DNA of 64,000 nucleotides from Phallusia mammillata (taxonomy: Eukaryota). Each line of letters opens with the position of its first letter. Within the stretch, counting starts at the first letter, position 1. The position numbers were made by a program, and so were the translations under genes. Of the stretch, positions 34,141 through 48,200 are shown piece after piece. Location: contig OZ281496.1 in the NCBI GenBank assembly GCA_965637545.1, forward strand, positions 24,552,001 through 24,616,000, written 5' to 3'. The notes under the pieces were generated by a model that saw only the letters and a list, made by a program, of their open reading frames with translations, had not been told where the DNA came from and did no database searches.

Positions 34141-37100
34141 TTAGTCCGTCAAAACATTCGTGGAGTGTTCGCTCATAAGACTACCAAAGTCAACGTCGTC
34201 CCGGAGATTTCCAGTGGCAGCTGATACAACTCAGAGTTGCACGGTCAATTTGGGACCGAGCTTTCATTCTCATCGTTGGTCCCTTACCTTTTTGAGAAAT
34301 AACTTACCAGTGTTACAATTTGGTGGTGTATTTTGACACTGGGTAATTTGGGGTGACTTGATTGATGGCTGCTGTTGCTTTCTGTAAAATTTCGGTGGTT
34401 GACAAAAATTAATGCTTATACATTTTTGAGGGAGTTATAACCAAAAGTTTAAATACACCTACCGTTAACGAAACCGAAAAAAATCCAATATAAAACAAAA
34501 AAATGATGTTATGGAAAGTCGACAGCATAGGCCTACTAGATAATTAAGTTCTTGAAACAATTGTATGTACACTAATGGAACAGCAAATCTGTTCAGTTCA
34601 CCACATTCCTGCAGCGCCTAAGTTATATAGGTATGCTTTTTTCATGCACGCGTGATGTAGAAAATAACCGAATGTGTCAGTATGTAAGCAGCAAAGCTAA
34701 TGGACAACAGTCGAAAAGACAGATGCGCCAATAGAGCAAAAACCGTTCAAAGAACAAGATTGGAGTGACGTCGCAAAATGTCATAACAAATCCGTTAGAA
34801 GATGTGAGACAGAGGAAGTGGGGACATTTAGGACACAAACGACAATAAAGGCAGCCACTTGGCCGACCCTTGACATTTTCCACTTTCACCGCGCGTGGGG
34901 CAAAGATTCAAAAACAAAGCAACGCGTCTTTTATCTCTGATCGCCCACGAAGTCTTCCGCCAAAATGCTACAAACTGAAATACTCGAAAAATATATTTCT
35001 GCAACAAATATTTTGAGTTTAAATTGAGTATGAGAAAAATTTATCGTAGAATATATTTGCATGTTAAACATAAAAGAATTAATGTAATAGCCTTATTAAA
35101 TCACTAAAATAACACAATAATTGTGAACGCTAATTTTGATATGTACCTGAAAATGATTGTCCATGATTTTCTTTTTGTCAATGATATTTGTGTGTGTGTG
35201 TCCACTGACAGCAAAATATTGCATTATTCAGTCTTTATCTAGGCAACATTTTTTTTCATCTTACAAAGTCGCTCAAAGCTGGACAGAGTATTTTTTTCAA
35301 TATTCCGTAGGAAGAATGTACAGTAAACCTTAAAGAAATGTTAAAAGTTAAAACGAAAATAAAACTGTCAAAAAACCTTAAAACAAGTATGATGTCAGCT
35401 CCATTTGAAGTCGACCGAAGAAGGTGGTCCCACTTTCTGGCACTAACGACTTGTATGCACAGGGATTACAAAACAGACAAAGTCCTTGGGGTCGGGAGGC
35501 AATTTATCGTTGTGCAAATATCACTTTGACAGGTGTGGACGCGCTTGGCAAAGAATATGAAGCGAAAGGCACCCGTCGCTGGTCAGAAAAGGAATTCCGA
35601 GGGCTTAACAAATGTGTAAAGCGGATCTTCTCCGTTGAGGCTGTTACACGCTTCAGCTGCAATAAATGTTTGATTTGTTAAAAGCTTGCAATATTGGTAC
35701 AAAGTGAAGCTGGGTGTATTTACGAGTGCTACTGTCAACTAAGTAGGTGACGAGAGACGTTGCATTTCCGGATTCATTAAAATTGGACGTCCACCCCAAA
35801 ATTTGTAAATCATGTTTTTCAACTCGTTGCTATCAAAGAAATGTTCAGACGATGACGTTGATATTTTAAAAAATTTCAAGGCACAAATTCGCTTCTTTAA
35901 AGATCTGGGTGTCAATGGTTCCATCTTTGGAGATGAACCAATAACAAGTTAAGAAAACTTTACATACTACGGTTCCTTTCGACCTGTTATGCGTGTATTT
36001 TACAATCCTAACTGCCTGATTAATCACATCTTAGTTCGTCACTGTTCAGGTGCATTTTGAGGGACATTGTATAGTTAAGCGAAACTACTAAATCATAGTT
36101 TTGTTGCTTCAATCTTGAAAACGCCACGGTTTGAAAGAGTAGAATGGTCTTAGGTTAACCCAATGTCGACCATAACCTTTAGGGGAGTCGGGACCGGATA
36201 AAGACAAGACGTTAAGGATAAGAGAATTACGCTTGTCTACATAGCATCGCGTTACCGCTTGCAAGCGAACCCTGCATAAGAGTCACGTGCGCTCAGTACA
36301 TAATCTCCTAAATGATTCGCCCGTGTCAAGAAAGGGTAAGGGTTAAAATAAATGCTAGTACGTCGGTGAATATATGTGGCAGGAAAAATAGTTTTCAGAA
36401 GAATACAATCACTATCATACAGTTTCCTGTAATGTGAAAGTAGAACAACTTGTTTTATGCTTGTTATACTTATAGATGCACTCGTCCAAGGCCGTTTTTT
36501 TGAAACGCTTTGGAGTAAACATAAAAAGTAATTAACAAAAACAAAGATAGTCACAAAACATCAGGCTAACAGGATGTTTAACAATGATTTATTTCAGTGT
36601 GTGGATTAAGGTATATTCACAAGCAAACAAGTCTTGGCCAAAAATAGCTTTTCTCTTTGTATTCAGTGTTGTGTATGCAAAGGTCATGCGCTTATGTTTA
36701 CGGTCATTTCGCCTCATCCCTTCTACTTTTCCGCTGCGACCGCGGAATGCAAGTTTCTGGCATCGGGCCCGAACCCGGTTACCACACGGATAACCCTACA
36801 TGACTGAGGTGGACTGCAAAACCAACAACCAAACGAAAATGAAAGCGAACACGCAACACGCGGCTCCAGCACCGGACATACATCAACATGCCGCGAGGGG
36901 CAGGGTGACATCCTAGGCCCTAAGAGGCTCCTAAGCATGATAAAACGGTGTCGGGGGCCCGTGGACTAGTCCCCATTAGCCCAGTGGATTTCAGGGACCC
37001 TCGACTGTCAATGGGAGGATACACGTTGAAATTCGGCACGGGAGATAACCCTTGTGACTTTGAACTCAGTATTCTTTGGTATCGTAGCTCAAACGGGCTT

Positions 37101-39210
37101 TCATAGACACATCCACCGTATAAGGACGAATACCAAAGCCCAATATCACGGGATGCCACACCTGGGCGTTTTAACCGCGTCCGATCTACGCTGGTGGTAA
37201 ATACGGCGCTGAGTGAAGCCAATGTCGCGTGGGCAACTTGTATCGGATTACGTGAGGCCTGAGAACATGACTGTTGAAAGATGTTTGTTGTCGGATGTCA
37301 CGTAAAAGTGTGCCCTGGCGCATTCCTTCGGATCAAAGCCACTTGATAGCGCACTTGCGAGCGGTTTAAGAGCGATCAATCATTGCATGCGGGTCAATAT
37401 AATAGAATCGCTCGTCATGTTTAAATTTTCTTAAACAACTATGCAAATGTGCATAACCTGGTCTTGATATTAGTTTGTGTATAAACCAAGCGAATAAAAA
37501 AATAATTCATAGCAAATCCTTTATCAATGCTAAAGTTTTTCAGTTCTAAAGATTCTAGCTCACAAATGCCAGTACGCCACGTGGTCAAGTTCGTTACGCG
37601 ATTACATGTACCAGTCACAAAAGTAAACTTTTATTAGATCCGATTTACAAAAAAAACATTAAAAACCACAGCGATTTTAATTGTCCAGTGTCTATAACAT
37701 ACGACCAAGCTTGTGAGTAAAGAACGGTGGGAAAATGAGATAGCAGGAAGTTCCATGTGTCAGTCAGGCGGCCTGTTGGCGACTGACCCCGTGGCAAAAG
37801 CTTGACCTTGTTCACTTTTCAAGGTCAGTTTACTGAGCACGCCATGGGACAGTCTATTCTCGTCGCAAGAATTGACATCAGAGACGTTTACAGTGGACAC
37901 CAAAAACTTCACATAGTATCAAATCATGTCTTGATGCTGACGAAAGCACATTATTAGGACTGTAATTAGTTTTTTGCAAACAGCTTATTTAATAAACAAA
38001 CAAACAAAACCCCTTTTAATAAATGCGTTTATTAAGTTTTGTTTGTAACTTTTCAAGTTAAACTGTATTTGATCCCAATATGAGTTGTCAATGTATGCAG
38101 TTACATTGATCGGGTAAATGTGCTCGGTATACTCTAGTTACTCACGACACAACATGCTAAGGTTAACAGGCGCTGTCATTAAGATAGCGGTCCCATAAAG
38201 TCAAAAGAAAATGTCACCAGTGACAAATTACCTGATCTCGTAAGTGACCGAAAGTATGTGTTTTCAACGAGGCCCCATCTCACGTTAAGCGGCGATTCGA
38301 GGGCTCTATCCCCGCGTGTTCTTGACCCCGCAGTTGACAGGCGGAGTCTATGCAAACAAGCCGAATCTAGCGATGCTACCGACTCGCCGCGCGGCAAAGA
38401 CCCCTTCACTTGATCCATGACCGCTAACGTTGGGTTGAATGTCTGGACAGTGAAGGGCTACACGACACAGCTGGCATTTGGTTACAAAGACATCGTTTAA
38501 CCCTGTCGCGGCCGTCTCGCTCCTGCTTGTTTGACATAGCCCTGTATACACACAGCTTAGGGCCTGAACACACGCGCGGCGGACTGACCTATTGTCCCTT
38601 GTACTTCGGCCATGGTGGAGGTCAACAGTGCTTCTGCTGGACATTAGTGGACACTACGCTTCGCACGGATTGGAATTCATAGCCACGATCACCGTGTCTT
38701 CATGGTCATGACATCATCGAATATTGCGCGTGTCGGTGGGTGGCGCTTGCGTTGTCGTAACTGAAAAGAGCAATACAAAATAACCTAATGCAACAAACTT
38801 TATTCAGTTTTGTATTAAAGATAGTTATATCGCTAAAATATTGCAGTTTTGTTTGTGCCGTGCATTACTCCTTTGTGCGGAGTACTAGCAGGTTCAAAGG
38901 TGGTTAGTTACTAGAAACTGTAGTAATGAAGTATGGCACAAACCCGGAACATAACAAAAAATTTAGATGTTTTAAAAAACGTTTAACCCCCGCCCTCTTT
39001 TCGTTGCTTCCTTGGGTTCCCGCAAATCGATCTTGATGCAGTTGATTATAAATTGCCAGAAAATGTTTAAAAGAAAATGTGTGGCAACCATGTACTGTAC
39101 CATAGCCTCCATGAACGCTTCTTGCACATAGCGAAAAAAATGTAAAATGTAACATAGCGTTTGCACTTCATGCATACCGGATTTTCAGATCGCGCTAAAG
39201 CCGGCGCCAT
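34141..39210 (-). CDS. Candidate small orphan gene (about 141 aa, 5 exons), unknown function
   Basis: Phase-compatible exon chain 39178-39210 (MAPALARSENP), 38693-38760 (LRQRKRHPPTRAIFDDVMTMKT), 36256-36426, 34308-34381, 34141-34220 (stop TAA). No recognisable domain. The exons were hand-picked, so chance assembly is possible. Confidence 0.3.
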
Positions 39211-39268
39211 CGTTTAGGTTAGAGCCGAGTTTTACACACATATTCTTATGTTAATGGTCTCCATAATA

Positions 39269-39501
39269 CAGTGGTGGCCCGCCGAACACCTTGCCTGGTT
39301 TTTTTTCCAAGCACCATATTTACCACTGTGAACATATATAAACCTTTTATCAAATACAAGTGTAAACAAGATGGTGTTATTTATTGTTATGCTACTACAA
39401 TATATATTTTAATAAAGATGGCAACCAGTTACAACAAAAAAACTCCAATGGCAAGACAGTTGCAAATTTGGCCCTCTGGTAAAAAAGTTTGGCCATCCCT
39501 G
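39269..39501. mobile_element. hAT-type MITE (233 bp)
   Basis: Ends CAGTGGTGGCC... and ...GGCCATCCCTG (imperfect TIR); perfect 8-bp TSD CCATAATA at 39261-39268 and 39502-39509. Confidence 0.85.
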
Positions 39502-41861
39502 CCATAATACATACTGTACAATGAGGCATACTTCGTGTGGGATCCAAAATAAGTTGCTGGTTTCAGTAAAATGGCGGACAAGTGTACGAGCCTTTTCCTT
39601 ATTTCAAAGTCATGAATGATTTCTAAAGTATGCTTTTGTAATTTAAATGCTTTAAATGGTATACAACCTCGACATGATTGTAACACATTTGTGTAACATG
39701 CTAAATATAAAACCAATTTAAAAGATAAAAAGATAATTATTTATTCTATGTAACGATATGTGCTTTTTGGACAAAACATAACGTATAGGGTGGGTACAAA
39801 TTTTAGAACCGACAAATACAAGGTTGAAATTGAAAGAAATGACACCGTTTCGTTTACTATTTTATGCGAAGTTCCGCCACCTATCTCGAACAGTGATTCA
39901 CGACAACCTTATTGTCAGAGCTCCTAAAGCATTTTCGACTTTACCCAACCCTGAACGGAGGGTTGTCGCGTGCGTCTCACCCCAGTGTAGGTGGTCTCTC
40001 GCTTCGGCACTCGAAAGTAGGTTTCGCTCGGAGGAATGCATCGGAAATGACAGGGGCGCAATGAGGGGCACGAGACAACGGCGCGCTTGTCGCCTAAACC
40101 GGGCTTAGGGTTTGTGGCTTACTGGGTGAAATAGTCTAATAAAAATTCCAAATCCTTCAAGCGTGGCGTAAAATGTGAAGTCGCCGAGACGCTAATTAAG
40201 CTGCTTTGGTCGTCCATCGCTTTTTACTAACATAAAGAGGGGGGGTCAAAAAGGCGCTTTACTTTGCTGTAGGCATTATTCTACACATATTAGTATTATT
40301 TGATCAAAGTTAATGCAAAAGTTAATAATAAATGAGAATGAAAAACGATTTCCAATAAATACATATTTCGCCTAACTGGTATCTTCAGTTTTCAGCTTAT
40401 CAAAGTCAATAATAATAAGTTTGCTAATAACACAGTGTTGTTTGTCGCGTGAACAATTCCATACTGCATCCCTTTGAGTATTTAACACAGTACAAATAAA
40501 AAGTTTTAGTTGTAACCGTAGTAAAATTTGACAAATTATGGAATTTTAATTGTTGAAACATATTACCCAGTTTTGTTGTTTTAAGCGACTGGGACAATTT
40601 CAGCCAATATTTTATAAAGCTGATTTAAAAGGGTAGTTCTACAACAAAAAAAGCCAATTGAATGGATTACACAGCCCAAACATAGCATTCAGATCATTAT
40701 CCATGCTAAGCTACCAAGTGCACGCGAAGGAAATATCAATTGGCGAGATAAAACATTAACATCGAAAACAGACGTCAAGAATATATGGGTGGTGTTCGAA
40801 ATCGATGTTCTGATGTCCCGAAAGTTATTCTTCCAGTCACAGGCCGCCTACTTTCGATTGACACCCGTTGTAATTACAAAGCAACTTAACCCTTCCTGTA
40901 GAAAACGGGAATTCGGCGGATATATCCGATCGCGTGACTAAATCGCTGTTTTGAACGTAAAACATAGGCGTATGACATCTTTAGCGTGTCATGGCCAGGT
41001 TCTCTGACATTTGGGATCTTCAGTTGAAAAGAAAAGCTGGATCATAGGCCAAAAAAATTCAACGCCCACTTTAAAACGCAGTTATTACTTTATCAGCTAA
41101 AATGATTAAGGTTGTGCTTGGCAAGGATCGGCAATACACTGGTTTGGAAAGAAAGGAGTCTTTTTCATTTCCCAGAAAATGATTAAGATGTAACTAACTT
41201 AACCTTTGTTAAACAGTACTATAACATGTAGTATGCAAAAAATATATGTGCTCAGCAAAAATCGGACCAAAACCTTAATAATAAAATAATAAACAAACTA
41301 TTTTCAATTAAACCATGCGTTTCTTGGTACAATTGAGCAAACGTTAGTGCGTATGTAAGTTGTTGCTTGAGTTTCCAGACGTAAACATTCTCTCGAAAGT
41401 TAGTAAGTTGTTCTATGAACGTTGTTTAGCATAGGAGATGTCCGAATCAGATTTTGTGCGATTTGTTTTCGCATTCCGTTGGGAGTACGTTAGCTTACTC
41501 CCGATCTTTGTCGCTTTACCCGATCTGCTCCACAAAGTATTACCAGGAAAACGCTGCTCTTGCTGATTTGCGCAATTACCATGACTGACATACTGAGATA
41601 TACGCGGTCTTATGGTCAGCGTCCCTCCCTATTGTAGGATTTGGTCAATAATAACAACTGTACATATGAAATAAGAGGAGATCATGAAACATTATTACTT
41701 TAGTCCAATAAATACCCACATAGACATCAAGCTACCTGTAAAATGAACTCGGAAAAAGGCTGCTTATTTTATTCAGATTAAAAGAATATGCTTAGGTTGT
41801 CGCTAATTACAAGAACGATTATTTTACTTCATCAGTTACTATAACTGATAAAAAGTATATA

Positions 41862-42215
41862 CAGTGCCGGATAAAGGGTCTGCTGGCCTGTAGGCACATT
41901 TTATAAGTGGCCCGAAAATCAGTGCAAACTGAAAAATTAGAATTATCAGTGTTGCCAAAGCATTGTCACAAAAATCGTTGTTGCAACTATAACACAGGGT
42001 ACCGTGACTTGGTCGTATGTCTAACTAAATAACAACTTTGCGCGTTTTTGCGATTGAAAACGCGTTAACTAGTGTTTGGGGGTCAATCTTACGGAGTAGA
42101 TCGCTTTCAATACACAAAATAATTGTTTTGAAAACATGACTAAATTTCTACGGCCTGGATTTTTGACTGGCCCGTAGGCACGTGCCTACTTTGCCTAATG
42201 GTTAATCCAGCACTG
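41862..42215. mobile_element. hAT-type MITE (354 bp)
   Basis: TIRs CAGTGCCGGATAA and (revcomp) CAGTGCTGGATTA; 8-bp TSD AGTATATA / AGTATACA (7 of 8); subterminal GGCC(T/C)GTAGGCAC motifs near both ends. Confidence 0.8.
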
Positions 42216-45200
42216 AGTATACATCGTGGCAAAAGAACAGCCGTACGCATGACTATTACCGTTAGTTTGTTCAAACAAAAAGTTGTCGGATCATTGAATC
42301 ATTGAAATGTGCTATTAGTGATGCTGAATTTTAATGGTAAAATGATTATCAGCAAACATATTTTTGGCATGTTCATTGGTTTAAAAGATGCCAATCAATA
42401 CTCATATTTTTAGCTATAACATATGCTCCCCTCTATCGAATTAAAATCAGTATCGTCTTCAATTGCGTCTGGTGCATCATGCTGTCCATAAATACTAGCG
42501 TTTCGTTTTGTATCACAAGATTAATAAATATAACTTTCAGTTTTTTGCGTTTTAATCTTGAAAGGAACCAAAACAAGTTTTCTACTAAAAGAAACCCGCA
42601 TTAAACGAAACCGGAAAATGATAAATATTGCACTAACGTCCAATAAATTCAGGGAGGTATTATTTTCCATCAGTCACGCGCCGCGCCATCGCAAATCATC
42701 AACCTACAAGCACCGAGGACGATGGACGAATACGTGCCTTTTGCCTGTCCAACCCCTCAGCCAAGGCACAGGCAACCTGCAATGTGCGAAGCGGCGCTGA
42801 TGGAAGAAGATCTCAAATGGCGCATGGCCTTTATTTTTGATATTTGGCATCCGGCGGGCCGCTCATGTCAATCGACAAGCTCGCTGCGCCCTGATACCCC
42901 TTTGGCCTATAGCGGTCAACACTAAAAACTATAGGGCTCGTAGTGAATTGATCGGGTCACTGTGTTTCACTTATGTATTACGTCATATTGATGATGGAAG
43001 AGTCATGAAGTGCGATCACGTGACCGTGACATGGGGTATTGTGGAAGGTCTATTGATGTCGTTGCTGGCAAACGCTACCCAGGGTTTTGTGCAAGCTTTT
43101 TTCGCTGCTTTCCACGCATCGAATACTTTCCAACTTACCGCCAGCTTAGCCCGACGGCCGAGGCCACGTTCGTGAGAGCAAGGTACCGTTCGCGATTAGA
43201 AAAACGGTTGACGGCAAATACGAGAGACAGTGTACTCGCTACAAGCTTCAGTATGAGATACAAGCGTCTGCCTGAATGCTTTGTTTGCTTACGATGATCC
43301 GAATTGTCACAGGTGTGTAGTAGCAATATCGGTTTGTTTATGTGAATAGCAACGACGCCTTGACTAATTCTTGTTAGACAATAAGAGTTTAGGGTCGCGC
43401 GGCGTGACCAATAATTGGGGTTCACTTGTCGAAACTCGACGTGATCTAATCCTCTGCAAACATCGCCGCCTGCGCTTTATTGAACCCCGAGCGCCTGAGA
43501 CAGTTAAGCTAGCAATTCGATGATCAGTTAGTAAGCAAAGCTGTGACCATGTTGTCGTTTACATTTTGGTGCAAAAAAATAAGAAGGTATTGTTTGTCGG
43601 CAGATATTTTTGGTTTGAAAGATACAGCAATGCGGTGCGAGGACACATTGCACAGGATAGGTTCTGGTTCATTTGCACCTGATAGCCAAGATTACATGAG
43701 AGATATATTGATAATGACTAATTTATTTAGCAGACAAGCTTCAGGGGAAATTTGCTCCCAAAATCACGTTTGTACAGTTAAATTCTTGTCGATTAGGTCG
43801 AGTTGTTTTTTTGATAAATGCATTTAAACACAGCTTCAACAGTGCGGCGTATTTTCTTTCAAATACATATTAATATTATCTATATGTTAAGTGTTTACGG
43901 GAGTGCGCATTATCAGCAATTAAACTGATGGCTGTCAGCCATTTTTCTATTTTTTCCCCGACTCGACAGAAGTTAGCATTGTGACCACGGATGGCTGCCA
44001 TATGAAGTCCCTGTCAGGCAATCCATACCACCAAAGCTATTTATACTCATGTGAAAACATTTGTAACAATACGCTTTGCAAAGCAAAAAAAAACTGGCTG
44101 CTTCTTAACTATTCCGCTATGTAACCATAACTATTCACATAAAGTGTTTTAAAAGTCGAAAACTCTGTTAAATCTAAATAAATAAAACTTTTGCCGGATT
44201 AATATCTTTTTGGGCGCAAAAAATCATTGAAAAATCGGGAATGATTGTTTGCCGTTTTGTCTGTCGCCGCCATATTGTTTGCACGGTATAAAAAAATTCT
44301 GACATTGCTGATTTCGTGTGCAGTGCTTGAACACCCCGTTTGTTACAAAGCGAACTGATTTATTCATAAGCTAATATCACAGATGTGCAATTTGTACCCA
44401 AATTTTTGAACAAGCTTAGGGCATAATTTAAGAAAAACAGCGGCATTGAAAATGGTTTGCGATTGGTGGTTTGCACGAAATATTTTCAAGGTGAGTGTTG
44501 AAACTGGTTCGTGCAATGGTTATTAGATTTGAACAGTGGTTCAGGTATCTGTCAAACCGGGTTTGTTTAATTTAAACGTTTTTGTGCTCTCAAAACTGTG
44601 GTTGTGACAATTCATTTAAGTACGACTCTTTTAAGACAATCCATATTCCATCTAAACGAATGTAAATTACAGGCGTACTAAAAAGCAAAACTTAACCAAG
44701 TTTATAGTACGCCAGGCCTACATCGACGCTTCAGTGCTGATCCCAGTATGAATATGTTTAACCCAGTTTAAGTTGATTTAGTGATGTTTTTGCCTTACTA
44801 GGTAAAAAATAATGCAGGCATTCGCCGGTGCCAAAAAATGTTGTTTTACAAATTCTCTTTAGCAGCAGAAGGGTCGAAACGCAAGTCACCCAGTAAAGAC
44901 TGGTTAAGTTCTCCCAATGACAGCAGAATCTTGATAAATTGGCAGGAGACGAATTGGTGAGAACAACAAGTGACGTAAAACGCAATAACCTCCCTTTTAA
45001 GCCTTCTACTAACGGTAAAAACAAACATGGAGAAATGGACAAAATTGTAACTGGGTTTAACCTGGCGTTTTGCTTCATTAAGGAAACTTTTCATGCTAGA
45101 AGTGGGAAGAGGGGCGTAACGTTCAAAAATTCAAGGTAAATAGTAATGTTAAGGTAAAAGAAACTGACGAAAAATAAAGTTTTGGTGGTGAGTCGTTTTA

Positions 45201-48200
45201 TGGTTGATTGTAAAAAGTTCTACACTGTTTAACGAGAACTTTTTTTAATGTTCAATTTTAGAAGAAACCCCAAATTACCCCTAAAAGTGATTTTAGATGA
45301 TAAAAAACTAGCCCAACTAATATCATGGTCATTTTTGACAAACTTTATTGTTTTCACTGACGCTAATGGTGACAATTGTCGTTTTCCAATCAGTCATACC
45401 AGCGATTAAAAAGTTCGTGGCGTTTATGTATTAAATAGGTTATGAAATTCGTCACAAAACGAATCTCATTTAATAAATCATCTATAATAATGATTCGTTT
45501 GCTGGCGTTCTTTTAATAGTTTAAAATACCTGTAGCAAAAGCCAGCGATGACAAAAAATTAAATACATGCTTGTTGACTAAAAATATTTGACGCTAAGTT
45601 ATAACCTTATACAAAACGCACTTATCGATAAAACAAATCTTATCAATGAAATAAAACAGCAATGTTGGCTACAAATCAGGCAGGTGCCCATTTGGCCTAG
45701 TATAAACCTTGTTTACAGTCGGAATTGCATCAAACAGCAAAGGTGACAGAGGTGGCGCGTTGTCCCCACAAGACCAATGGGCACGCTTCAAGTAGCGCCG
45801 AGAACTTGACCTTTTCAGGACGCTCGGCAGTTGGGGATACGCAACTCTCGCCCGGTTTTTCAGCTTGACACAATGAACGCTTTTGTTGATGCGCCAGTAC
45901 CAGTTAGCACCTGTGTCGCAAAATGCCGCGCAAATTGTGTACAACCGCCAAGGACACCTGCTAGTCTTTGGGCCAATCTAAGGGCTTATACTCATTGCCC
46001 TCTTTGACTAGCGAGAGTGTGGTCAAAAAGTGGCGCGTTGTTTAGTGTTGGCGTGACAGCTTAACGTAAACACATCCACATGGACCCCAGTTAGACCAAC
46101 CCCCGCGTCTTTGGATTCCAGTTCACTGGGGGCATATCGAAGCATTGCTGGCCTTATTTCCGATGATTCGTCAAGTCGCATATGAAAAGATATATGGAGG
46201 CGGCGCGAATCTGTTGATGTGAAATCGACTACTTAAAAGCCCCAATCATTTTCAAGTGCAGCTAAGCGTCAGTTCGTGGCTCTAAAGAGCAGCATCGTCG
46301 TCACGCCTTGGCAGCAAACGGAATTCTATCGGGCACAAACGGTGATTTGATAATACGATGACTTTGGTCATTTTAAACTACTGCGCAGTATATACAATAC
46401 ACCACATCGCATCGCATCTGACCAAAAAATGTTGAGACGACAACCGTTCAACCGTCTGTATCATTAGGTGATATAGCTACAGGAAAAACAGAAAAAAAAT
46501 ATTGGCGCCATTTTTTTACCAGTTTTGACACTCGTACTGCTTAAACGAGTTTCAAAACTTAAAACTCATCGAACTAAAACCGGAATGCTTAAATTCCGAA
46601 AATAGCCGTATACCGCATCGCATCGCTGCAATTAAACACATATATTTTGTCCAAGCAATAAGTGTGTGTATGTTTTCAAAAAGTGTTAAGTAATGGCTTC
46701 GCTTTGTCCCTTTGTGCAAAAGACACGGGACTGAAAAGACAAATATTGAAATTAAATTAAGTTTCATTGTGAAGCAGGGCGTAAAACGTTGGTCGATGAA
46801 ACGTGCCCTAAAGTACTTTCCAAAAATTACCCAAGATAACTCAATTGATATTTTGATGTGGAAATCTAGTATTTAGGTTTTAGTGTATAAATTTGTAAAT
46901 CAGTTTTAAAAAACGCATGGGATAAAATTTATTGAATTCGGAATTTTTAAGTGCGACTCTTGGTACATACTTTTCATCCACAGACAATTTTAGTTCATAC
47001 ATAACTTACTTATTTTTAAAAAAAATTCAAAATAGTTTCGTGGACCCAAACAATACAGTATACCAAGTCCAATGTCTAACAATACCTCTAACAACCTAAT
47101 GACAGTAAGACTTAACGGCAAATTAACCGCACCCATGGGTTGTTATAGGCGTCTGTCAACGAATTCATTGTATGTCAGATCTAGAACTCACAACGCCACT
47201 TTCAGACAGAATCGCAATCAAAAGCTGTTTATAAACGCTCCAATTCAATACACGTGTTGGAGCGCGCCATTTTCAAAACAAGCCCGCCAGTGCTTTTGCG
47301 TGGAATTACCGCGAAATAACTGTTGGCGAGTTTGTTCATATTTTAACGGCCGCAACAAATGCTCACACATTATTGGGCCCACATTACCTTTATTATAACC
47401 ACCAAAAAAATTTGGAAAGATTTTTAAGTCCCCCAAAAAGTTTTAATCATAACTAGTCGGGGAACCTGTTTCATTCTAATTCCACATTCGCTTTAGCATT
47501 GGCCACCAATTTGTACCAAAAATAAATCCAAAATGTCAAAAAGAAAAGCAATAAATTTATCACCTTTTTTAAGAGCGGTATATTAATTTTCGTAAATAAA
47601 AGGAACAGAAGGAAAAAATTCTTAAACTCTGCCTTTGTTTAGGTGTATTTGTTTAAACACCAAGAGACACTCCCGACTATACCAAGCGCGAAAAAAACGA
47701 CTGTAGCTCGTGCGAGGTTTCCGCAATATGGGGCTGGGTAAAAATGGGGGTAGCTCACCCACTTGGACCCCCGCATTAAGCCACGGATTTGCGACACGGA
47801 CGCTCCTCGCGCTTGCGACGCGAAGGCCATGCCCCGGACTTTCATCTTCACGCGGCATGGTGACAAGAAACGCACACAAACAAAAATAAATAGCGCGGCG
47901 GCCTTCGGCGGAACTGCGCTGCCTCAATTTTAGTGAATTCCTTGCCATGGAAGAGCCATCTGTTTGTACTCGAGTTGCCATCGAGCGTTACCCTAATTAA
48001 ACGTCGTCACGGTGCTATGGCGGCGCTTTGGCCACTGCTAACGCCACGCCAATTCAATTACTGCTTTTGAATTCGCCGTTGGGATCGTTTTAGGAGCGTT
48101 TGCAGATCACGAGCGATTTATGGTTTGCAGAAACGCGTGAAGCGAGCAACTAAGATTAGATTATGATCCACCCAAATGCTTTTACCCCAAAGTTAAAATA

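Noticed and set aside
39998-40009. CTCGCTTCGGCA, matching the U6 snRNA 5' stem-loop
   Set aside because: Only 12 nt; the following sequence does not continue as U6 (no ACAGAGA box).
42722-43425. Cluster of 67-112 aa ORFs in a GC-rich block
   Set aside because: Overlapping frames on both strands, no domain and no consistent splice chain; more likely regulatory DNA.
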